Notes under the pieces: generated by a model | The model's input: the letters and a program-made list of their open reading frames with translations, nothing else | The model's database searches: none | What the model was told of the DNA's origin: nothing | Virus record (IMG/VR): IMGVR_UViG_3300038549_000019 | Coordinates: 1-55,216 of that record | Origin: a virus | Taxonomy: Duplodnaviria > Caudoviricetes | Reading direction: 5' to 3' (one strand) | DNA length: 55,216 nt | Position numbers and translations under genes: made by a program | Part shown: piece by piece, positions 24,440 to 34,518 of the stretch | Layout of the letters: each line of letters starts with the position of its first letter | How positions within the stretch are numbered: position 1 is the first letter of the stretch

Positions 24440-24670
24440 ATGCCACGCCCCATGCTCGCCAACCCCAACCGCAAACACTGTTCCATTTGTGGACACCCCT
24501 CCGGCCTGAAATCGTGTGCCTCCAGGACACGCCCCGGAGTTTATGCCCTAGACGTTGAGCTGCATAAATTGTTTCCCGAGGAGTGGGCCGAACCACGGCA
24601 AATCGCCGTTACGGTCTCGGGCCTCTGTAGTCGATGCGTTGTTGCCCAGAGGAGGTCGGAAAATGAATGA
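24440..24670 (+). CDS. Hypothetical Cys-containing protein
   Basis: AGGAG RBS; CSIC..CSRC. Confidence 0.5.
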   Translation: MPRPMLANPNRKHCSICGHPSGLKSCASRTRPGVYALDVELHKLFPEEWAEPRQIAVTVSGLCSRCVVAQRRSENE

Positions 24671-25424
24671 CAATATCGAGATTGCCACCACGCAACCATC
24701 ACAGATACCCGTTACCGCCCAGCCGTTTCACGCCGCCACCCCTCCGACACCAATGGAATTGCTGGTTATGGCAGTGTCTCAGGGCGCGCCTATTGACCAG
24801 CTTGAGCGGCTCATGGGCCTCCAAGAGAGGTGGGAAGCCAACGAGGCGCGGAAGGCCTACGTCACAGCCATGACAGCATTCAAAGCCGCTCCGCCCGAAA
24901 TCACGAAAAACAAGCTGGTCAGCTACTCTACCACGAAGTACACCCACGCCACGCTCGACGAAGTGGCTGGGAAGGTCGCCGCCGGACTTGCTGCCCATGG
25001 CCTCTCTCACTCGTGGAAGGTCCAGCAGGAAGGCGAGGTAATCACAGTCTCATGCACTGTAACCCACGCTCTGGGGCACAGTGAATCCGTGAGTATGTCC
25101 GGCGCTCCCGACAAGAGCGGCCAAAAAAACGGTGTGCAGCAGATCGCATCCACCGTCACCTATCTCCAGCGTTACACGCTCCTGGCCATCACGGGCCTCG
25201 CTGCGAAGGACCAGGACAGCGATGGGCGTGGGAATAAGCCCACCCTCGACATGGATGATGAAACATACCTTGCGCACATGGGCCGGATCGCCACGGCTGA
25301 CACGATGGAAGCCCTCCAGAAGGCATGGTCCGCAGCCTACAACGCCACACAGGATCGGGACACCCGCAGGGCCCTGACTGTGGCTAAGGACCAGCGGAAA
25401 GCGGAACTCGGAGGCCAGAAGTGA
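24663..25424 (+). CDS. erf: ERF-family single-strand annealing protein
   Basis: YTHATLD, HALGHSES, QQIASTVTYLQRYTLLAITGLA..DSDG. Confidence 0.85.
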   Translation: MNDNIEIATTQPSQIPVTAQPFHAATPPTPMELLVMAVSQGAPIDQLERLMGLQERWEANEARKAYVTAMTAFKAAPPEITKNKLVSYSTTKYTHATLDEVAGKVAAGLAAHGLSHSWKVQQEGEVITVSCTVTHALGHSESVSMSGAPDKSGQKNGVQQIASTVTYLQRYTLLAITGLAAKDQDSDGRGNKPTLDMDDETYLAHMGRIATADTMEALQKAWSAAYNATQDRDTRRALTVAKDQRKAELGGQK

Positions 25425-26053
25425 AGACCATCGACTGTGAGCAGGGCAGCCCGGAGTGGCTCCAGGCGCGGGCTGGGCGTGTGACCGCCTCCCGTGTGGC
25501 TGACATCCTCGCCAAGGTCAAGACAGGGGAGTCCGCATCGCGCCGGGACTACCGGGCCCAGCTGGTGGCGGAGATCCTAACGGGGCTGCCTCAGGGTGAT
25601 ACTTACACTAGTGATGCGATGCGCTGGGGGACCGAGCAGGAGCCCATGGCCCGCGCTGCCTACGAGATCCGGGCCGGAGTATTTGTGGACACTGTAGGGC
25701 TAGTGCTCCACCCTACGATTGATCGCGGAGCAGCGTCTCCAGACGGCCTCGTGGGGCCTAGCGGGCTGGTCGAGATAAAATGCCCCAAGACCGCTACCCA
25801 CCTGGACTATATCGTGACAGGGGTAGTCCCGGCTAATTACTCCACCCAGATACAGTGGCAGCTAGCGTGTACCCAGCGGGATTGGTGCGATTTTGTTTCG
25901 TACGACCCAAGACTACCAGACTCTTACAGCCTGTTTGTAGCGCGTGTGCTCCGAGATGAGGACAAAATCAAGTTCATGGAGTCAGAAGTCAAGGCGTTTC
26001 TATCAGAGGTTGATAGTCTGGTTTCCAGCTTGAGGAGTAGGTTAGATGGCTGA
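25421..26053 (+). CDS. YqaJ / lambda-exonuclease family protein
   Basis: QGSPEWLQARAGRVTAS, WGTEQEP, ASPDGLV, VEIKCP, QIQWQL, CDFVSYDPR. Confidence 0.9.
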   Translation: MKTIDCEQGSPEWLQARAGRVTASRVADILAKVKTGESASRRDYRAQLVAEILTGLPQGDTYTSDAMRWGTEQEPMARAAYEIRAGVFVDTVGLVLHPTIDRGAASPDGLVGPSGLVEIKCPKTATHLDYIVTGVVPANYSTQIQWQLACTQRDWCDFVSYDPRLPDSYSLFVARVLRDEDKIKFMESEVKAFLSEVDSLVSSLRSRLDG

Positions 26054-26282
26054 TGTCTACAACATCCCTGTAGAGAGATACAGGGACTCCGATGGCCGGA
26101 TGACATGCGCATATAGTAGGGTAAGGGGCTCATTGTGCATTTTGCTGCGTTCCAGGAACCTCGGATATGGCAGGGAGGACCATTGTGGGTTTACCGGGGA
26201 CGTGTTGACCTGTAGGGATGGCGGATATGGCAGCCTCATCCCGTGTGCAGGGTGCCCCCTGTGGCCTGAGGTGGACCCCTAA
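26046..26282 (+). CDS. Hypothetical Cys-rich protein
   Basis: Overlapping start; GAGGAG RBS. Confidence 0.5.
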   Translation: MADVYNIPVERYRDSDGRMTCAYSRVRGSLCILLRSRNLGYGREDHCGFTGDVLTCRDGGYGSLIPCAGCPLWPEVDP

Positions 26283-26854
26283 CTGAGCACCTTGGGGGCA
26301 CCCATCACTAGCGCAAACAATTGTTGAGAGAGGAGTGAGGTATGGATATCTATGTGTTCATCATTCTGGCGGTCTGCGTTGCGGCCCTTTACATCGAAGA
26401 CAGCCTGGAGCTATCACGATTGCACAAAGAGACTGAGAAGGCGGAGGCAGAGCTATCGAGGTATAAATGAACCTAGAGACATGCAGAGCCGAACTAGATA
26501 GCCACACGGATTCCGCGCCCGACTCGGCCTCCGCCGTGAGGGCTGGGGTGGCTGACCCATCCGATCCCCTGTATCGGCAATGGCTGGATTGGGTTGCTCG
26601 TAAGGCGAAATTGGTGGATCAACTGAACAACCTGTCAGCACGATAACGCTGACCCGGAAATAGGGGTAACCATGATTAAAAAGGCGTTCGTAAAATGGTA
26701 CTACAGCACCAAACATTGGGATGGGCTCAAGGGTTGGGAAGCCTTGAGGGCGGAACGCCTAGCGGAAAAGGCATTCCGCAAGGGATGGGAGATGGGCAGA
26801 CGTGAAGCGCTCAAGACAAAAAACCGTAGTTGAGATTTCACAAGGGCTGATAAT

Positions 26855-27286
26855 ATGAGCGTGGAATCGATTAAAGCCGAAATGGCCCAACACCAGGAGC
26901 TGCGCCCGGACCACCTCGCAGCCATCCGGGCTGGGTTGTCAGGCCCAAATAACCCGGTATACCTGGCCTGGGTTGCCTGGGTGGCTCGAAAGACGATGCT
27001 GGAGGCGGAGCTGACACTGGCGGAGCAGGAGGAGCAGTGTCAGTGGGTGGTTACCCCGTCACGCGGGTTATTTGTGGGTGATTACACTCCATCCCGCCAC
27101 ACGCGTCATAAATCAGTCGAGGATATTGTGGCTGGGTTGCAGGACCGCAGGGCCAGAATTGAGGCCATGCCGCAGGGGGCAGAGCGGGCCCGGGAGGCCC
27201 AGGCCTATTACCAATCTGTTGCGGATTACAAAAAGCGCCTCGCTCGACGAGGGGAGGGGCTCCCGGAGCTACCACGTATTTCCTGA
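26855..27286 (+). CDS. Hypothetical protein, last gene of rightward operon
   Basis: 143 aa ORF converging on the tailspike gene. Confidence 0.55.
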   Translation: MSVESIKAEMAQHQELRPDHLAAIRAGLSGPNNPVYLAWVAWVARKTMLEAELTLAEQEEQCQWVVTPSRGLFVGDYTPSRHTRHKSVEDIVAGLQDRRARIEAMPQGAERAREAQAYYQSVADYKKRLARRGEGLPELPRIS

Positions 27287-27352
27287 GCCGCACTGGTGTC
27301 CATCCTGTTTTACGTGCCGGGAATTGGCGTGTTATTTTACCTGCTTACCGAA

Positions 27353-29164
27353 TTACCCTTGCAATATATCCATAGGGATATACGTCATATCTGGAACTGA
27401 ACTATATGTAACCTGCACACTATCAGACGGCATCAACAGCTGGTAGTTGGGGGATGATTCTCCTATCAACCAACTATCACCTCTTCGATACTGGCGGACC
27501 GCGCTCACAGTCCCGTTAATAATCTGCACACCCACCACTCTTCCAGTATTGTTGGTCCAGAAAAACGGTGACACCCCAACCGGTATAGTAGTTTGTTCGC
27601 CGTAAGGATAAATCGGTGCCAATGTCTGTACAGCTCTGCTGCCAAGGGTACCCGGGGATGTAGATAGGTTGTAAGTGCCTGTTCCTCCAGTTCCTGTGCC
27701 AAGGCTTGCGATAGTAGTCCCGTTTGCGACTCCATCAGCAATCACCTTTTGCCCAATTGCCAGGACATCACCAGGACGCACGGCTGTTACAGTCATAACA
27801 TTGGTCGCAAATGATGCTGTAACCGTCGTGCCTATTAAATTTTTCCATCCCGTGGCCGTTCCAGAGTCGAAGAATCCACCGGCTCCACTCCTCCAGTGAT
27901 TCACCTCTATGTTTTCAAACGAGTTTTTAACCGCACCGGCATCAATTTGTACTCGCTCATATGTCCCGGCTGAAACTTTGGATCGTTGGCCTTGCCATAT
28001 AGCCTTTACAGAGGAATAACAGCCATTAAAAACAGTGGAATCACCTGCATCGGCAAAATCCCCGCTTGCCCCTAGATTCTCGAACCCTACACCCAAAAAT
28101 GCGTTGTAGTTACAATCGGTCCCAATCAGTAATCCCCACGTTTTGCATGACTCAGCCGATCCACCTAAAAACACGTTCTGTGATCCACCCGCGATCCTAA
28201 TCCCAATGCTAATAGAATTTGGTGCAGTGCCAGCCCCTTCAAAATATGGATTTACAAATACGTTGTTAGAACTATTCCCGTCGATAGAGGTAGCCTCTAT
28301 TCGCAGCCCTTCATAGGGGGCCGTGGTCATTGCGTTCAAATCCTGGGAGCATACTAGGCTCTCAAACCTGGACAGCATTACCCCTTGGAACAAAACTCCT
28401 GCTCCAGTTGTAGCATCGGCCTCTCTCACGTTTACGTCTCGCCATTGACTGCGGGCCATTTTTTTAGCCCTGATACATGCGTCTGTCGCGGAATTGCCTT
28501 CAACAGTCAATCCCTCTAATTGTGTATTCTGGATAAAAAGACCACCTACGGACCCATCAATATCAATACCATAACCTGTACCGGTATATTTCAGAATTGT
28601 GTTGTGTGACCCATCACCCCTTAGAGATAACCCTGACCTAGATAACCCAGTAAGGCCTGAGTATTTGTATGTCCCGGCGGGGAAATATAATGGTTTATTT
28701 GTATCGATTGCAGCTTGTAGGGCAGTAGTATCGTCAGCCACACCGTCACCAACCGCCCCAAAATCCTTAACACTAATACTCTCTCCCACCTTGGACGAGA
28801 TGGGCAGCGTTACGGCCCCGGTCAGGGGCTGCCGGTAATACAGAGTGTCCGCTGTATAGATCGGATAGTCCAGGTCTACCAGTGGTACGCTGATTATCAG
28901 GGCCCCCCGCTTATCTCGGACCAGGACCGAATAGGCGCTGTCTGCATAGATGACGCCTGGACTGCCCCCTCTGGACGGATACCCGTTAATCGTCGGGATT
29001 GGTTGAGCCGCTGGGATAGTTAATGCTGCGTCCCAGTAAACCGCAATCGGGTTAGTTACCGGATCCAGGTTTGCAACACCGATATAAATGGACCCATTTT
29101 CAAGCGGCTCGCCATTCAAGTCGCGGAAGATTTCATAGGGGAAGTTTACAGAGCGGGTAGTCAT
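27353..29164 (-). CDS. Tailspike: P22-type head-binding domain plus beta-helix
   Basis: NGSIYIG..DP..NPI.VY..QPI N-terminus; SVKDFGAVGDGVADDTTALQAAI pectate-lyase-3-like motif. Confidence 0.85.
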   Translation of the reverse strand: MTTRSVNFPYEIFRDLNGEPLENGSIYIGVANLDPVTNPIAVYWDAALTIPAAQPIPTINGYPSRGGSPGVIYADSAYSVLVRDKRGALIISVPLVDLDYPIYTADTLYYRQPLTGAVTLPISSKVGESISVKDFGAVGDGVADDTTALQAAIDTNKPLYFPAGTYKYSGLTGLSRSGLSLRGDGSHNTILKYTGTGYGIDIDGSVGGLFIQNTQLEGLTVEGNSATDACIRAKKMARSQWRDVNVREADATTGAGVLFQGVMLSRFESLVCSQDLNAMTTAPYEGLRIEATSIDGNSSNNVFVNPYFEGAGTAPNSISIGIRIAGGSQNVFLGGSAESCKTWGLLIGTDCNYNAFLGVGFENLGASGDFADAGDSTVFNGCYSSVKAIWQGQRSKVSAGTYERVQIDAGAVKNSFENIEVNHWRSGAGGFFDSGTATGWKNLIGTTVTASFATNVMTVTAVRPGDVLAIGQKVIADGVANGTTIASLGTGTGGTGTYNLSTSPGTLGSRAVQTLAPIYPYGEQTTIPVGVSPFFWTNNTGRVVGVQIINGTVSAVRQYRRGDSWLIGESSPNYQLLMPSDSVQVTYSSVPDMTYIPMDILQG

Positions 29165-31353
29165 TTGCCGTTCTCCTTTTCGCTCTGTTGAGCTGGTCGC
29201 ACGGTTGTCAGGTTGATAAACCGCTTCATTAATGCCGCCTCTTCTGCGCTCCCTGGTGCAACCTTCGGGAGCCTCAGGAGGAGATCGCGCATAGGCTTCG
29301 ATTCATACGCTCGGGCTGCCAATCCTAACCCACCCGCCGCAAGTGTTGCCCCTTGTGGCCCTCCCAGCGTGGTGGAAAGCACGTCGGCAGCCAGGAATGG
29401 CACGGCCTGTACCCCTGTGGGTGGGACAAGTGCGGATTTTGAGGCCTGCTGGGTAAGTTTGAGCGCCCTCAGAAGTCCATTTAGCTTTTGTTCATCCTGC
29501 CCGGTGAACGCAACACCAATCGGCGAAGCAAGCCGCCTAGCTGCATTGATAAACTTCTCCGGGCTCAGGTTTTCGACGCCTCCAGCATCAGACGCCACCT
29601 TGGCCAAAATGGCCATCCTGGCGTTCGCTTGCCCCTGTGGCGTGAGGCTCTTGATAACAAGCTTTACATCGCTTGGCTTTTGGCTAAACAGCAGCCTTTG
29701 CACCGCCTCAGGCTCAGCCTCTCCAGCCTGCAACACCCTTTTTAGGGCGGTTGTCGTTGTCTCCTTTGCCGACTCGGCAAGTCGTGCGTTAGCGACCTTC
29801 CACTTTGTGTAGTCCTGTGGGCCTGACGCAACCTTGATAAAGTCGCCCATGTCCTCTCTCAGGGGCCCGTATACCGCATCAAGGGCTTTTTCACCCATGC
29901 TCCGGATTGCGCCTTGGTCTGCGCCCTTGAATCCTTCACCAACTTGTTTTCTGATGTCCTCAACAACACTGATGGGTTTATTCTGTATGGCTTGGCGCCA
30001 ATCCTTTAACCTATCAATAACCTGCTGGCTTTCCTTGGTTCCCATCATATTGAGTCGCTGTATCTGTTCATCAATTGCGGCGGTTGCTTTTGGTGTTGGC
30101 ATCGCTCCAGCATCCGCTAGTTTTTCAAACACGCTAGTCTTGAGTTTGACGTATTTTTGGACATCACCGCCACGCTTTGCTAATAGGTCCGTCACTACCT
30201 TATCGGTTGCAGCCGCCACATCCGCCACATCCGCCACCGCGCCTGCCCCGTAGTCGGCCAACACCTCTTTTACTGCCTGCACACGGGCTGCCTGTTGCGC
30301 CCGCCTCGTCCCACCAGTCCCAACAAATGGGATTTTTTCCCCTGCTGACTGCATGAATTTCCCGGCGAACGTGCTAGGAGGCATTACATCAGAGGTCAGG
30401 ACTGGCACCCCGGCCTTTTCCGCCTCAGCAACCGCCGCCCGAGCCGCACTAGGTGCCACCGTGCGAGGGGTTGCGGCAACCCCCCCCACCAGCCCGCCAC
30501 CCAGCCCCGCCACCATTTGACCAGTGGGGCCCAGCCCCGCCTCCGCCGCGCCCTGCGCTGCCAGACCGCCGCCTAGGGCACCGCCCAATTGTTGCTGCGG
30601 ATTGGCAGCCAATACCTCACCAACCCTACCAACGGTCCCACCCTGCCCCGCCAGTGTCCTTCCCAGGCCGATTGTGCCCGCTGTCCCAGCAGCAGCCTCC
30701 GCGCCGGTCTGGACTAGTCGCTCGGTTGGCGTGGATGCCATCGGGATGCCCATCCAGTCAACTGCCCGCTCTAGGATCTCGGTTGGTCGCAAGTAAGGGG
30801 CGGGCTTTACTCCGTATTCATCGCCCTGCACCGCCCTATTCAGCAGATCGATAGCCGGGTCCCCGATCAATTTTGTCAGCCCAACAGCAGCGGTACCAGC
30901 TAGAGCACCTGGGACCGCCCCTACTCCGCCGATGGGAGCCCCAACGAGAGCCCCTCCGGCTGCCCCAGCCGCGTAGGGCCCACCACCCCGCACAACACCA
31001 GAAAGGACGCCTGTTGCCGTAGTCCCAACCGTGTCGGATACCCTGCGCCCCTCAGCATTAAACCACCCGGCTTTGCCAGTGTTTCCTTGCTCTGGGCCGT
31101 AGTAAATGGCCCCATCCTCACGCTGTGAGGTGGGGTAGCCCTCTGGGGTTTTCCAGGGCCGGGCTCGGAAGCCGTAAGGGGTTTGCTCCCATCCATCCGG
31201 GGCAGGTTGGGAAACCTGCTGACCCTCCGGGGCCCCATCTCGCTTGGCCCGCATTTCTGCAACCCTGTTACGGATTACTGGGTCATCAGGAGTGATATCA
31301 TCGGGGACGTTATTGATTACAAGGCCATCCTTTGTTCGGATTGTATAAGGCAT
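29161..31353 (-). CDS. DNA ejection protein, gp16-like
   Basis: 730 aa, Gly/Ala-rich; third of three ejection-position genes. Confidence 0.65.
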   Translation of the reverse strand: MPYTIRTKDGLVINNVPDDITPDDPVIRNRVAEMRAKRDGAPEGQQVSQPAPDGWEQTPYGFRARPWKTPEGYPTSQREDGAIYYGPEQGNTGKAGWFNAEGRRVSDTVGTTATGVLSGVVRGGGPYAAGAAGGALVGAPIGGVGAVPGALAGTAAVGLTKLIGDPAIDLLNRAVQGDEYGVKPAPYLRPTEILERAVDWMGIPMASTPTERLVQTGAEAAAGTAGTIGLGRTLAGQGGTVGRVGEVLAANPQQQLGGALGGGLAAQGAAEAGLGPTGQMVAGLGGGLVGGVAATPRTVAPSAARAAVAEAEKAGVPVLTSDVMPPSTFAGKFMQSAGEKIPFVGTGGTRRAQQAARVQAVKEVLADYGAGAVADVADVAAATDKVVTDLLAKRGGDVQKYVKLKTSVFEKLADAGAMPTPKATAAIDEQIQRLNMMGTKESQQVIDRLKDWRQAIQNKPISVVEDIRKQVGEGFKGADQGAIRSMGEKALDAVYGPLREDMGDFIKVASGPQDYTKWKVANARLAESAKETTTTALKRVLQAGEAEPEAVQRLLFSQKPSDVKLVIKSLTPQGQANARMAILAKVASDAGGVENLSPEKFINAARRLASPIGVAFTGQDEQKLNGLLRALKLTQQASKSALVPPTGVQAVPFLAADVLSTTLGGPQGATLAAGGLGLAARAYESKPMRDLLLRLPKVAPGSAEEAALMKRFINLTTVRPAQQSEKENGK

Positions 31354-32582
31354 CAGAAGTCTACCTCCACAATACGCCCGCTAGCGCCGGACTCCTCTGG
31401 GGTAATCACATTTTCTGGGTCAAGGCCAGCCCGTTCAGCGATTCCTTTGTATCGTTTTTTAAGCTTATTATATTTGACATTTGACTCCGTGAAGATCTTC
31501 CCAGCCACAGTCAGATATTCTTTTCTGACCTCCGCTGTTAACCGTTTCCCTTCAACTATCTTATTATATAGGTTGCGGACCTTCGCGCCCACGCCCCCGG
31601 CGTTTTCGGCTGTCGCAAACTCGCCTTCCCTTACTACTGACCCTGGGTCGAGCATCTTCATATAGGAGTAAATCATTGCAATGTCGCTAGCTCCCGTGGG
31701 GTCCTTTTCGGCAGCCTGAGCAGCTGATTGCATCCGCGAATATGAGGCGATGGCCTCGGAAAAAGGCTTTGATTCAGCGTTGTACTCTTTCCGGAGCGTC
31801 GTAGCGTTCTCGAATCCCTTCTGGCCCTCGCCTAGTGATACCTGCACTTGTGGCTGACTGTAGGGCATATAGCCAGTTGGCTCCAGTTTGCCTTTTTCGG
31901 AGTTCCAGGCCATAACACCTTGTGTGGTTTCGACGAATTTAGGGGCCGGGATACCTTTGGCTTCTCGCTGTTTGATTTGCGCCTCCGCCTCTTCTTTTGT
32001 AGCCTCGGCCCCCTTTCGCCTTAACTCATCACTGGCACCACGAATTTTAATAAAGTTCTCCGAGAACTTATCCGGGCCCTGTGCTGTTGCCAAAAAACCG
32101 CCTAGGCTAATTTTTGCTGCGCCTGGATCGATTTCGACCGTCTTCGCCAATGCCTGCAAACCAGCAGCCGCTTTGTCCATCCCCGCGTTTTTATAGGCCT
32201 CTGCTTGGTTACTCAGCAGTTTTTGGGCTGTTGCGTTATCACCATTCTCTAGCGCTGCGTAGATAGGCATTGCAGCATTAATTGAGGCGCGTTGTTCCTC
32301 TGGAGATAGCACGTCATACGCCCTTTTGTAGTTTTCGGCTAGGCTGGGATATTTAATCATCAGGCGCAGCACGCCTTGCGATGTGGGGGCCTCAGCTAGG
32401 GCTGCCATCTCCGCCTGCATTGCCTCCGCCGCAGCCTGTTTAGCAGCAGCCTCTTGGGCTAGCCGCTCCCGTTCGGCCCGGGCGTCCTGGAGGGCCAACA
32501 GCTGGGCCCCGCTCTGTAGCCCGCCCATAAATGCGGACATTGGACTAGGCGTGTTTATTGTGTAGTCGTATGGGCCTGTCAT
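31353..32582 (-). CDS. DNA ejection protein, gp20-like
   Basis: About 409 aa helical protein; position; KMLDPGSVVREGE motif. Confidence 0.6.
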   Translation of the reverse strand: MTGPYDYTINTPSPMSAFMGGLQSGAQLLALQDARAERERLAQEAAAKQAAAEAMQAEMAALAEAPTSQGVLRLMIKYPSLAENYKRAYDVLSPEEQRASINAAMPIYAALENGDNATAQKLLSNQAEAYKNAGMDKAAAGLQALAKTVEIDPGAAKISLGGFLATAQGPDKFSENFIKIRGASDELRRKGAEATKEEAEAQIKQREAKGIPAPKFVETTQGVMAWNSEKGKLEPTGYMPYSQPQVQVSLGEGQKGFENATTLRKEYNAESKPFSEAIASYSRMQSAAQAAEKDPTGASDIAMIYSYMKMLDPGSVVREGEFATAENAGGVGAKVRNLYNKIVEGKRLTAEVRKEYLTVAGKIFTESNVKYNKLKKRYKGIAERAGLDPENVITPEESGASGRIVEVDF

Positions 32583-32584
32583 TG

Positions 32585-33268
32585 CTACCACCACTTCTTC
32601 ACGTTACCGGAGCCGGAAGACGCAGCGCTACCAGCTCCAGAAAGGCCACCGGAGAAATACATTCCTATCGCGTTAACGATCCCATTTACAGCCTCAGCAT
32701 TGCCAGCACCTCTCGCCAGCAACCCGCCCGCCTCTGCCTGTCCACGTTGGCCCAGTAGAGATGCTATTTGGTCCCCCGTTTTCAACCCAGCCGTGCCCTC
32801 GCCCATCGCTGACGCCTGCCCGAGCTGTGCGATTTGCCCCAGGCGTCCGTATTGCTGTTCAATTAACTGGGCCAACATGTTGGGTCGAAACTGGAGGAGG
32901 GCACCCTGCGTATTCCCGCCCCTGAGCCCACCGGTGGCAGCCGCGTTTTGCAGGATCGCCTCCTCACCCTGCTTGGATAAGGCCTGGAACTGGGACGATT
33001 CCTGCAATTGTTTAATGGCTGCCTTTTGGGCCTCATTACCAGATAGGCCAGCTAGGTCTTTTTGTGCACCAATGGCACTCTCGCCAGCCGAAACGTATGG
33101 TGCCAATAACTCCTGTATAGCAAGGAAACGCCGTTCCTGCTCGGAAATACCGGCCTCCGCAGCCGCTCTTTGTGCTCCAGCAGCCCCCTTCGCTGCCTGC
33201 TTTTTCTGGTTTGCGACAACAGCAGACCCTACCGCTACAACAGCCACAGCCGTGATTACACCGCTCAC
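32585..33268 (-). CDS. DNA ejection protein, gp7-like
   Basis: Hydrophobic N-terminus; LQNAAATGGLRGGNTQ motif. Confidence 0.75.
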   Translation of the reverse strand: MSGVITAVAVVAVGSAVVANQKKQAAKGAAGAQRAAAEAGISEQERRFLAIQELLAPYVSAGESAIGAQKDLAGLSGNEAQKAAIKQLQESSQFQALSKQGEEAILQNAAATGGLRGGNTQGALLQFRPNMLAQLIEQQYGRLGQIAQLGQASAMGEGTAGLKTGDQIASLLGQRGQAEAGGLLARGAGNAEAVNGIVNAIGMYFSGGLSGAGSAASSGSGNVKKWW

Positions 33269-34098
33269 GCTACACCCCCCATTTCGTCTATTGCTAGGTC
33301 CACTGACCTCCGATAATCAATCGTGATCTCTGTCCCCTGGTCCCCACCGTGGCATCCCGCGATTTCCTCCAGTGCTACAACCCACAAATCTCCATTATCG
33401 TCACGCCACAACTGTGCGTTAGGTGTTGCGCTATGATTTGTGTATCGTCCACCGATGTCTTTCTTTCCACCAATGCGGGCAGGTGCCAGCTTGTCCCCAC
33501 GATTAGCCGGGCACGGCATAAATAACCCGTTCCCGTGGATGGGTGAGGGTCTCACGGTTGCTTGCCCATAACCGGTGCGGATTTGCCCATCCCAACCAGA
33601 TGACTGGCGGGAAATAATATCTGGGTCGATCTCATACTCCGCGCAGAACGCGGCATAATCGTCACGATCTACTTGGTGTGCTGCGTGGGCGGATGCGTTC
33701 GCCTTGGCCTTGTGGTCATCCCACAGGGGGCCCTTGTCTAGCCACCTGTCTTCAAGGACATCGATATCGCGCTCATTGTCTGGATTTGGGTAGACATTGA
33801 GCCAAGTCATATCCTCTAGCACTAGACCCATTTTTCGTCCAGGCTGTCCCACGTAGATAGCTGGTGCCTCGATGGTAGAAATCACCCCATCCCGCTCGAT
33901 AGCAACCCGCCCACGCAGCACGATGTTAAGATGCTCATGCCGCTGTAGGTGTCCAATGGCGAACGTACCCGCCAGCAGGGTCACCTCGCGAACATAAACC
34001 CCTGGCCCAAAATAGTGCGCTACAGGAGCAGGAGCCTGCTCGATATCCAGGAGCCCTTGTACCGCTAGATCTAGTGTCTCCGTTACGCCGTGCCCCAC
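33265..34098 (-). CDS. Cupin-like N-domain fused to SET domain
   Basis: HYFGPGVYVRE..HLNIV N-terminus; SPIHGNGLF, RYTNHSATPN, EITIDY SET motifs. Confidence 0.75.
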   Translation of the reverse strand: MGHGVTETLDLAVQGLLDIEQAPAPVAHYFGPGVYVREVTLLAGTFAIGHLQRHEHLNIVLRGRVAIERDGVISTIEAPAIYVGQPGRKMGLVLEDMTWLNVYPNPDNERDIDVLEDRWLDKGPLWDDHKAKANASAHAAHQVDRDDYAAFCAEYEIDPDIISRQSSGWDGQIRTGYGQATVRPSPIHGNGLFMPCPANRGDKLAPARIGGKKDIGGRYTNHSATPNAQLWRDDNGDLWVVALEEIAGCHGGDQGTEITIDYRRSVDLAIDEMGGVA

Positions 34099-34170
34099 GC
34101 TCCCCCCATATCTGCGCTGCCGGATGCGTCTACTCAGCCACCCATAGTTTAACCCTAATATAATTAGATG

Positions 34171-34506
34171 TCAACTAGTGTACTCGGATCCACTGACACG
34201 GATTACCACCGTTGAGGGATTGCTGGCAATCGTGGAAATGGCGTCTCCTGGGTTTAGATATTGCCCGATCATCTCTGGGCAAGTATAGGCCTCGTTGGGT
34301 GCAAGCTGCCTATCCTTGATGATTGCATTGGCGATTGTTGCAGTGCTACCATTAGGCACTAGATTTACACTGACGGTTTGGTTGTTGGCAGACACATTTG
34401 TCAATGTGAATTTATCAATCCTGGTCCTAGTGTTGGCGGCAATGTATTGCGTGGTTTGGGTATTGGCCACGTACCTAGCAGGGACGATTGCGATTGGTGT
34501 GTACAT
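34171..34506 (-). CDS. Hypothetical virion-module protein
   Basis: 111 aa, beta-rich; GGAGAGG RBS. Confidence 0.6.
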   Translation of the reverse strand: MYTPIAIVPARYVANTQTTQYIAANTRTRIDKFTLTNVSANNQTVSVNLVPNGSTATIANAIIKDRQLAPNEAYTCPEMIGQYLNPGDAISTIASNPSTVVIRVSGSEYTS

Positions 34507-34518
34507 AACCTCTCCTGG

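Noticed and set aside
26041-26047. Isolated GTTAGAT (and GTCTAAC near 19713) as extra attC sites
   Set aside because: No partner box or palindrome nearby; both lie within coding sequence
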